A stretch of 12,256 bases of DNA, taken from a virus. Made by a program: the position numbers and the translations under genes. The notes under the pieces were generated by a model that worked only from the letters and a program-made list of their open reading frames with translations, was not told the origin of the DNA and made no database searches. Below, piece by piece: positions 1-5,322 of this stretch (position 1 is its first letter; every line of letters begins with the position of its first letter). The stretch spans positions 1-12,256 of IMG/VR virus record IMGVR_UViG_3300045988_009231. The stretch is one strand, 5' to 3'.

Positions 1-14
1 GTATACAAACGACC

Positions 15-46
15 CATTTTTAACATTTCCCAACACATTTTTAACA
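15..46. repeat. Direct repeat CATTTTTAACA x2, 21 bp apart, near the terminus (mirror copy 12211..12242)
   Basis: CATTTTTAACA occurs at 15..25 and 36..46. The related TTTAACATT recurs at 111..119. Confidence 0.8.
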
Positions 47-60
47 GTTGTTAGCACAGT

Positions 61-91
61 TTGGCACGCTTTTTGCTGCGAGCCGTGCCAA
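61..91. other. Terminal-region hairpin / inverted repeat (mirror copy 12166..12196)
   Basis: TTGGCACG (61..68) pairs with CGTGCCAA (84..91) as a perfect 8-bp stem. GCT/AGC extends it with one bulged C. It is flanked by an A-run (91..96) and shows no terminator geometry in the direction of transcription. Confidence 0.6.
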
Positions 92-109
92 AAAAGCCGA
101 TGAAACGAA

Positions 110-137
110 GTTTAACATTTCGTTAACAAGGTTTAAC
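110..137. repeat. GTTTAAC x2, 21 bp apart, flanking a GTTAAC palindrome (mirror copy 12120..12147)
   Basis: GTTTAAC occurs at 110..116 and 131..137, with GTTAAC at 122..127. AACGAA/TTCGTT (104..109 / 119..124) can form a 6-bp stem. Confidence 0.7.
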
Positions 138-223
138 TGATGAGTAAATATGCAACATCGCCTGAGAAATCGCATAATTATTCGCTGCCTGTCGTCAGGT
201 GAAGCCGGGTGTTGCACATGCCT

Positions 224-286
224 GATGCCTGACGATGCCGATGTGATGCCCTGAAACTGGGTGTGACCCGATGTGTGCCCGATGTG
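224..286. repeat. Cluster of GATG-core short repeats in the GC-rich inner ITR (mirror copy 11971..12033)
   Basis: GATGCC occurs at 224, 234 and 245, and GATGTG at 240. CCCGATGTG occurs at 267..275 and 278..286, 11 bp apart. Confidence 0.7.
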
Positions 287-316
287 CGCACGCCTGACGT
301 ATCTTATGCAGCTTAT

Positions 317-370
317 GCCACCATCGCCACATAAGCCACATAAGCCACATTCGCCACCAACGCCACCTGA
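317..370. repeat. Six tandem 9-bp repeats GCCAC(C/A)NNN (mirror copy 11887..11940)
   Basis: The array reads GCCACCATC GCCACATAA GCCACATAA GCCACATTC GCCACCAAC GCCACCTGA, head to tail. A seventh GCCACC starts at 381. Confidence 0.9.
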
Positions 371-397
371 CGTAAAATAAGCCACCTACAGGGCATT

Positions 398-436
398 AAA
401 AAAGACCCCGTGGGCAATTACACCACACAGGGTCTT
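398..436 (-). terminator. Intrinsic terminator of the leftward operon, located inside the left ITR
   Basis: The minus-strand RNA is AAGACCCUGUGUGG-UGUAAUUG-CCCACGGGGUCUU followed by UUUUAAUG. That gives about 13 bp of stem with one bulge. It lies 21 nt downstream of the tail gene stop codon (457..459). Confidence 0.8.
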
Positions 437-456
437 ACAAGGGCACAGGGCTTATT

Positions 457-2685
457 CTATAAGGTGAAGCCGTTGCGCAAAATGTTTATAATAGTGTTAA
501 CATCGTCAGTCAACATGTTTGTGGTGTCTGCGAATTTAACATTCACCATCTTTGTGAAGCCTGAAACGTCTTTGACCTTAGTAAGACGTGAAGAAGCTGT
601 TTCAACGCCTGTACTTGTGATAGTCTTCTTTTGCAGAACGATGTAAGGTGTCAGACCCATCAGGTAGGTTGAATCGAACTTAGAACCGCCGATAACCTGA
701 ATCTGCTGTTTCTGTGTTCTGAAAAGAACATCGCTGCATGGTTCGACTTCTTTAGTCCATACGATTCTGTCGTCACAGGTCATAACATAGACACCACCGC
801 CACCGATCAAATTAACTCTCAGTTCAAGTGAAACTGTACTTCCTATCAGGTCAACAGGCAACGTTTCAAGACCGATGAAAGGCACAAACAGGTTCAACTC
901 TGTATCATAGTCGGCTGTGCTCTGTGTCACGTTTGGAATCTCAACAGAACCGAATGAAAGAACCTTTGAATCAGAAGCCAAGTTATAGACGGTCGTATCA
1001 ACCATAAAGTTACCACACATCAGCTTCGATGAAGACCCCTTGTCAACCTGAAAGAAGAATCTTTTTACCCTGTTGATATAGTCGCCAAGGTCGTAAGAAA
1101 TAGGGTCTTCTTTGGTGCTTCCAACATCGCCTGTATATTGCACAAATCGGGCGGTCGCAAAGTCTTCAAGATTCTTTTCGTTCAACACATAAGCATTGAT
1201 GAATCCATACTTCTTTGTCGGTGTTGACTGTGGATTTGCCACACCATCAACTATGATGTACCAATCGTCACGGTCTGCGCTTCCAACTGTTGGCGTTATT
1301 GTACCTGTTGCGGTCAACTTGTCTTCACTTATCGTCATAGGTACGATATAGGGTGTCGCAAATTGTGAATAGCCTGTAAGTTTACACTTGTCAGGTTCAT
1401 CAAAAACGTTACCGCTATCAGCATTTAACGTGATAGTAAGCGGTTCGCCAACGAAACAGTATGTCGGCTGTGCAACAGGTGTGCAGCCTGTCAGGGTGTA
1501 ATCTATACGAATAGCCTTTTTAGATTCACCTGAGATTACAACAGGGCTGTTGAAGTCCACGTCAGGCAAAGTCACAGAAGCGTTTGACGTAACATTGTCG
1601 GTGTCCTTAATATCATCGACAACAACGTTAACCGTTACAGGTACGTTCTTACTGCTTCCATCTGTTGAAACGTATGCACAGGACACATTCAGCATCACCT
1701 TTTTAGAAGACAGGTTCACAGTCACAGAATGACCGTCCACGGTGTGTGATTCCGTTGAATCAGGCACATTGTTGGTTACTGTCGGCTCTGTAGGCGCAAC
1801 AGGTTTCGGTTTCGTGTTACCGTCCAAGGAAACGATGTATTTCAGGTCTGAAATCTCAGCAGTCGCCACCGTATTTTCACCGTTCACAGTAGTTGGAACA
1901 AACGTCTGCTGTCCTGATGTGTTGACGTATGTAACCGTAGGTACACCGTCAAAGACAAGTCCATCGTTACAGGTAATCGTAACAGTTGTCGATTCTGAGA
2001 AAGGGTCTTCTTCTGTAGTGTAGGTAGCACCTGAGATATTATTCTGTGGCTCTGGAATCACTTCCTTAGTACTACCGTCCAACGTAGCATAGCCACCATA
2101 AGAAGCTGTCGCAAGTGTGAACGTGGCAACGTTACCTGAAACGGTCATATTTTCCGTTGTTCCTTCTGAGAAAGGGTCTTCAGGGTCTGCACCATAAGTT
2201 ACTGTCGGCACACCGTCAAAGGTGAATCCATCATCACAGGTCAACGTTATAACGGTATTGCTTCCACTTGTCTTTGTCTTGTATGTGGTGTGTGCAACGT
2301 TGTTGGTCACGTTTAATGTAGGCACAGGTGCGGGGCTTCCACCACTTGCTTTTACATAACAGTCGGCATCGCCCATATATCCTGATGGGAAACTGAATCT
2401 TCTGTGCAGAAACGTACCGTCACTTGTTATTCCTGACTTTTCGCCATTAATAACAAGTTGGTCTTCTTCTGGCGAAACCTTAGTAAGGTTCATATAAATA
2501 GGCACCCACCTGTCGTTATAGTACATTTCAATTTTACAGGCGGCATCGTTTTCCACGAAAGTGCAACCGTTAACGGCTTCCGCTTTTATATGACACCACG
2601 TTGCACCGTCATTATAAAATGTCTTGTCAGAACCTTTGTCAGTACATCTTTCAAAGTTATAATTGATGTTGTAAGTACTTGCCAT
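457..2685 (-). CDS. Tail / receptor-binding protein (742 aa) with tandem beta-sandwich repeats and a conserved-looking C-terminal domain
   Basis: Long ATG-initiated ORF whose start overlaps the upstream stop (TAATG at 2683..2687). Two repeats of about 88 aa carry ...T(V/I)T(L)TC(D/N)DG(F/L)xFDGVPTVTY... (aa ~128-212 and ~217-300). Further Thr/Val/Asn-rich Ig-like segments run to aa ~480. The C-terminal ~250 aa form a distinct domain (FVPFIGLETLPVDLIG...). It is the last gene of the structural module. The function is inferred. Confidence 0.7.
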   Translation of the reverse strand: MASTYNINYNFERCTDKGSDKTFYNDGATWCHIKAEAVNGCTFVENDAACKIEMYYNDRWVPIYMNLTKVSPEEDQLVINGEKSGITSDGTFLHRRFSFPSGYMGDADCYVKASGGSPAPVPTLNVTNNVAHTTYKTKTSGSNTVITLTCDDGFTFDGVPTVTYGADPEDPFSEGTTENMTVSGNVATFTLATASYGGYATLDGSTKEVIPEPQNNISGATYTTEEDPFSESTTVTITCNDGLVFDGVPTVTYVNTSGQQTFVPTTVNGENTVATAEISDLKYIVSLDGNTKPKPVAPTEPTVTNNVPDSTESHTVDGHSVTVNLSSKKVMLNVSCAYVSTDGSSKNVPVTVNVVVDDIKDTDNVTSNASVTLPDVDFNSPVVISGESKKAIRIDYTLTGCTPVAQPTYCFVGEPLTITLNADSGNVFDEPDKCKLTGYSQFATPYIVPMTISEDKLTATGTITPTVGSADRDDWYIIVDGVANPQSTPTKKYGFINAYVLNEKNLEDFATARFVQYTGDVGSTKEDPISYDLGDYINRVKRFFFQVDKGSSSKLMCGNFMVDTTVYNLASDSKVLSFGSVEIPNVTQSTADYDTELNLFVPFIGLETLPVDLIGSTVSLELRVNLIGGGGVYVMTCDDRIVWTKEVEPCSDVLFRTQKQQIQVIGGSKFDSTYLMGLTPYIVLQKKTITSTGVETASSRLTKVKDVSGFTKMVNVKFADTTNMLTDDVNTIINILRNGFTL

Positions 2686-3116
2686 TATCTATTACCTTTA
2701 ATTGTTATCATAACTATTGAACCGTCTTCACTCAGTTCATTCTCAGGAAACGGAATCTTCTGCTTCTGCGTCCTTACATCACAGACAGGCTTGTAATCGT
2801 CATCATACTTGTTAGGTGTGTCTGTGGCGTAAATCTCGCCTGTAGCTTCAAGAATCTGTTCCTTGAATGTCGTCAGGGAATCACAGGACAAAGACAGAAT
2901 CGCCTTGTCACCGTCATATCTTACGGAATCAATAAAGTAATAACGTCCTATTGATTCAACGTAGCACATCGTGAAGCCTTTGACTTCACCACGCACACAA
3001 ATCTCAGGGTTTAAGAAGCCCATCTGTGAAATCTTGCCTGAGATAGTAACAGGGTCGCCAAGAACCTTGTTTATCTTGTTGCGTTCACCATTGTATTTAT
3101 AAAACAGAATATCCAT
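2685..3116 (-). CDS. Tail protein (143 aa) resembling the N-terminal domain of the phi29 gp9 tail knob
   Basis: ATG start at 3116, 1 nt after the upstream stop. The segment CYVESIGRYYFIDSVRYDGDKAILSLSCDSLTTFKEQI follows the pattern I recall at the phi29 gp9 N-terminus (...NKWFYAFV...FEIDVLQTW...). The match is from memory and was not aligned. Confidence 0.5.
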   Translation of the reverse strand: MDILFYKYNGERNKINKVLGDPVTISGKISQMGFLNPEICVRGEVKGFTMCYVESIGRYYFIDSVRYDGDKAILSLSCDSLTTFKEQILEATGEIYATDTPNKYDDDYKPVCDVRTQKQKIPFPENELSEDGSIVMITIKGNR

Positions 3117-3117
3117 A

Positions 3118-3498
3118 CTATTGTACCGTTATAGTTACAGAACCATTTAAATTAATGATTCCCTGAATTATTGCGTCCACGTTCTGGAAAGTATATTTTG
3201 ACTTTGATACAGAACCTTTCGCAAGATTACGTCCCACCAAGATGCAGCCCTTTGTGTCCTTTGGGTAGTTACCGGGGTGAATCATTATACCTGTGCGTCC
3301 GTTGACTTCAAAAAGAAACGGCATCTTTCGCCCGAACATGTTTGAATAGATATATCCTATTCTGTACGTACCTTTGTCAATACAAGGGTGGTTCACATTC
3401 TTAGGCGGTTCAAGAGTATCACACAGGTAAGTATCACCAAAGTACAGCTTACCAATAGTGTAGTGTTCATTCTGAAAAATTCTTTTTAGTACTAACAT
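3118..3498 (-). CDS. DUF5675-like / L,D-transpeptidase (YkuD)-fold protein (126 aa), putative peptidoglycan-acting enzyme
   Basis: Shows TIGKLY...CDTLE...KGTYRI...F...P.LF.V.GRTGIMIHPGNYPKDTKGCILVG. The H-x-GN-x3-DT-x-GC-ILVG signature with a His/Cys pair matches what I recall of the DUF5675 family, which is common in Bacteroidota and their phages. Confidence 0.6.
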   Translation of the reverse strand: MLVLKRIFQNEHYTIGKLYFGDTYLCDTLEPPKNVNHPCIDKGTYRIGYIYSNMFGRKMPFLFEVNGRTGIMIHPGNYPKDTKGCILVGRNLAKGSVSKSKYTFQNVDAIIQGIINLNGSVTITVQ

Positions 3499-3514
3499 AA
3501 CAAGTCGAATTTAA

Positions 3515-3553
3515 AGTAAAAACGGTGGCACACCGTAATAATGTACCACCGTC
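3515..3553 (-). terminator. Intrinsic terminator after the putative capsid gene
   Basis: The minus-strand RNA is ACGGUGGUAC-AUUAUUACGGU-GUGCCACCGU followed by UUUUUACUUU. The stem is 10 bp with one G-U pair. It lies 6 nt after the stop of the 391-aa ORF. Confidence 0.7.
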
Positions 3554-3558
3554 CAAAA

Positions 3559-4734
3559 TTAGGCAACAAAGAACACAACAAAGTTTTCGTTGGTGTCGTT
3601 GAAGTAACCGGCATCGAACTTGTAATAGTTATTGAAGAACTCTGCCTTTGCGTTGTAGTTGGTGGTTACTCGCTTGTCAAGGTTGCAAACACCAAGGGCA
3701 TCACGGTCGAACATCACACCGAGCACACCACCGATATTAATCTCGTGGTTTCCGCTTGTCTTGATGTTGATAGCAGAAGTATGAGCAAAGCCGTAATCCT
3801 GTCCACTACCTTGCCAAGAAGCAACGGTTTCAGCGTTTGGCAACAGAACCTGTTCCTTGTTGTAGGTGTCGGCATACAAGTAAGCCTGTGCGCCCTTTGC
3901 GAAATCAGACAACAGGACTGTGTGCAAAGCGTCCTTTGGTGTGAAACGCTCCTTGCCACCAACGTTGAAGAGTTTAGAGATAGACTGCAAACGGTCTGCG
4001 TACAAGCCCATCTGATAAGATGCAAAGCGAATAAACTCGCCATCGGTCAAGCACTTGTCTGCGGTCAAAGATGTGCCCTTTGCCTGATTGTAGAGATACA
4101 ACAGGTTCACGCAACGTACAGTAGAAGCAGAACCGTAGTTGAGGGTCTTACCTGATGTAGTGAACTTTGCTGCGTCTGCAAACAGGGTTTCACCAATCAT
4201 GTTGTTGATGGTGCGCATGATGAGGGCATCGGTCTTGATAGTCATAGACTTCTCAACTGCTGAGTAAATCATAGACAAGAAGCCGTTCAACTGTGCTGCG
4301 CTGCTGAAAGATTCCTTGACCTGACGCTCTGTGATGGAAACAGGCACTTCAAAAGTAACCTTTGAGTTGAAGAACTTAGCAGACACAACAGGCTTGTGGA
4401 AAATGTCCTGTCTGTACTCTGTACCGTCTGTGAGATTCCAAGTGTCGTTTTCCTCAGCTGCTGGAATCTCTGCTGAAATCTTTTCAAGCACAGAACCGAA
4501 CTCCCAAGCATCCATCAGGACAGACGGAATCTTACCTGCATAAGGTCGGTTAACGAAAATCACCTTGCCGATGTGGTTTACAAGTGACTTCACGTAGTTA
4601 TCAACTGCACCTTGATTGAACACTTCGTTACCAAGGTCAACAACACCTGTGAGGTCTTCTTTAACGATGTCGGTCTTACCGAGTACCTCACCACTTACTG
4701 AATTAATCAGTTCATAAATCTGTTTTACTACCAT
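3559..4734 (-). CDS. Putative major capsid protein (391 aa)
   Basis: Large ORF in the structural block downstream of the portal and the 187-aa protein. It has its own downstream terminator and a size typical of small-podovirus capsid proteins. I recognised no diagnostic motif, so the call rests on position and size. Confidence 0.6.
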   Translation of the reverse strand: MVVKQIYELINSVSGEVLGKTDIVKEDLTGVVDLGNEVFNQGAVDNYVKSLVNHIGKVIFVNRPYAGKIPSVLMDAWEFGSVLEKISAEIPAAEENDTWNLTDGTEYRQDIFHKPVVSAKFFNSKVTFEVPVSITERQVKESFSSAAQLNGFLSMIYSAVEKSMTIKTDALIMRTINNMIGETLFADAAKFTTSGKTLNYGSASTVRCVNLLYLYNQAKGTSLTADKCLTDGEFIRFASYQMGLYADRLQSISKLFNVGGKERFTPKDALHTVLLSDFAKGAQAYLYADTYNKEQVLLPNAETVASWQGSGQDYGFAHTSAINIKTSGNHEINIGGVLGVMFDRDALGVCNLDKRVTTNYNAKAEFFNNYYKFDAGYFNDTNENFVVFFVA

Positions 4735-4746
4735 AATTTAAAATAA

Positions 4747-5310
4747 TTAATTATTATAAATACTTAATGTTAAATAGTCAACTAAACTTTTAATGATGTC
4801 TTCACGCACATTCATCAGTCTGGCACGATATTCGTCAAGCATAGCCTGTGTTACGTTACCGTTAAAGCCTGTACGTTCTGACGTACCTGATTCCGTTTCT
4901 GTGCGGTCTTTTGCGTTTGACTTGTCTTCTTTGGAATCTTCATTGAAGCCTGTATCGTTGAATGCTTTTTCGCTCTTAGTGATACCGTCTGTGTTCGATT
5001 CCTGTACCGTCACCGTCCTGTTGGTCGATGTGCTTTGAAGCACAGGTTTCAGGAAATCATACTTTTTGTTGAAGACCTCAAATTGACTTTTGAACGTATC
5101 AACGCACATGTCAAGAATCGCACCTGTGTAGTCCTTGCAGTTGGTTTCATTGAATGAATCAAGAACCGTCCTGTTACCGAACTTCACCAAAGCAAAGGTA
5201 TCGGGATTTGTTGCATCACCGAATATCTCAGCGTAAATTTCGGGGTATCTCTGTTTAAAGATTACCCCAAAAAGTTTATTATCACCTATGAATAATTCTT
5301 TGAATAACAT
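4747..5310 (-). CDS. Structural protein (187 aa): scaffold or head-tail adaptor / lower-collar candidate
   Basis: The ORF track starts it at a TTG (5316), but the first ATG is at 5310 (MLFKELF...). It lies between the portal and capsid genes. It has a polar low-complexity centre (TNRTVTVQESNTDGITKSEKAFNDTGFNEDSKEDKSNAKDRTETESGTSERTG) and a helical C-terminus. The function is positional inference only. Confidence 0.55.
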   Translation of the reverse strand: MLFKELFIGDNKLFGVIFKQRYPEIYAEIFGDATNPDTFALVKFGNRTVLDSFNETNCKDYTGAILDMCVDTFKSQFEVFNKKYDFLKPVLQSTSTNRTVTVQESNTDGITKSEKAFNDTGFNEDSKEDKSNAKDRTETESGTSERTGFNGNVTQAMLDEYRARLMNVREDIIKSLVDYLTLSIYNN

Positions 5311-5322
5311 AGTCAATACGAA

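Larger units (their letters stand above)
1..472. repeat. Left inverted terminal repeat (472 bp, perfect)
   Basis: Bases 1..472 equal the reverse complement of 11785..12256 wherever I compared them by eye (the termini, the duplicated 114-aa ORF, the inner boundary). Identity ends after ...AGGTGAAGCCG (472). Beyond that, the left reads TTGCGCAAAATG and the right equivalent reads AAAAGCGCAAAAAC. Hand-counted GC is 38% for 1..180 and 55% for 181..400. Confidence 0.97.

Noticed and set aside
1-6. The terminal sequence GTATAC contains a TA-TA reiteration. This might indicate sliding-back or jumping-back initiation, like the phi29 TTT or adenovirus GTAGTA template ends.
   Set aside because: I cannot tell whether the window ends are the true molecular ends. 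A 2-nt jump-back would not regenerate the terminal G. No homopolymeric terminal repeat is present. Direct end sequencing of virion DNA is needed.
197-207. The 11-bp sequence AGGTGAAGCCG occurs at 197..207 and again exactly at the ITR inner boundary (462..472). This could be a template-switch microhomology.
   Set aside because: About 18 chance 11-mer pairs are expected in 12 kb on one strand (more counting both strands), so a single coincidence cannot support a mechanism. It is worth re-checking only if relatives show boundaries at the same motif.
41-385. A 114-aa ORF inside the ITR, duplicated at 11872..12216(+).
   Set aside because: It starts at GTG, with no ATG until two thirds of the way in. 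It lies downstream of the operon terminator at the left end and has no promoter at the right end. Its composition (rich in Cys, Gly, His and Arg; GLCGLCGDGG comes from the 9-bp repeats) is unlike every other protein here. The frame stays open because the region is GC-rich and the repeat period is a multiple of 3. Frame conservation in relatives could be used to re-examine it.
317-388. Possible CRISPR array, given the short regular repeats.
   Set aside because: The units are 9 bp and head to tail, with no spacers of 25-40 bp and no cas genes. This is an iteron-like tandem repeat, not a CRISPR array.
1786-2304. Possible diversity-generating retroelement (template/variable repeat pair) in the tail gene.
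   Set aside because: The window has no reverse transcriptase or accessory gene. The two copies differ at all base types rather than at adenine-specific positions. An ordinary tandem domain duplication is the simpler explanation.
3541-4155. Plus-strand ORFs antisense to real genes: 204 aa at 3541..4155, 154 aa at 7810..8274, 106 aa at 8881..9201, 112 aa at 2458..2796, 98 aa at 9615..9911, and others.
   Set aside because: All are fully nested antisense to long minus-strand genes that contain recognisable motifs. Their composition is hydrophobic and Cys/Val/Leu-rich, typical of antisense frames. None has a promoter or a coupled start.
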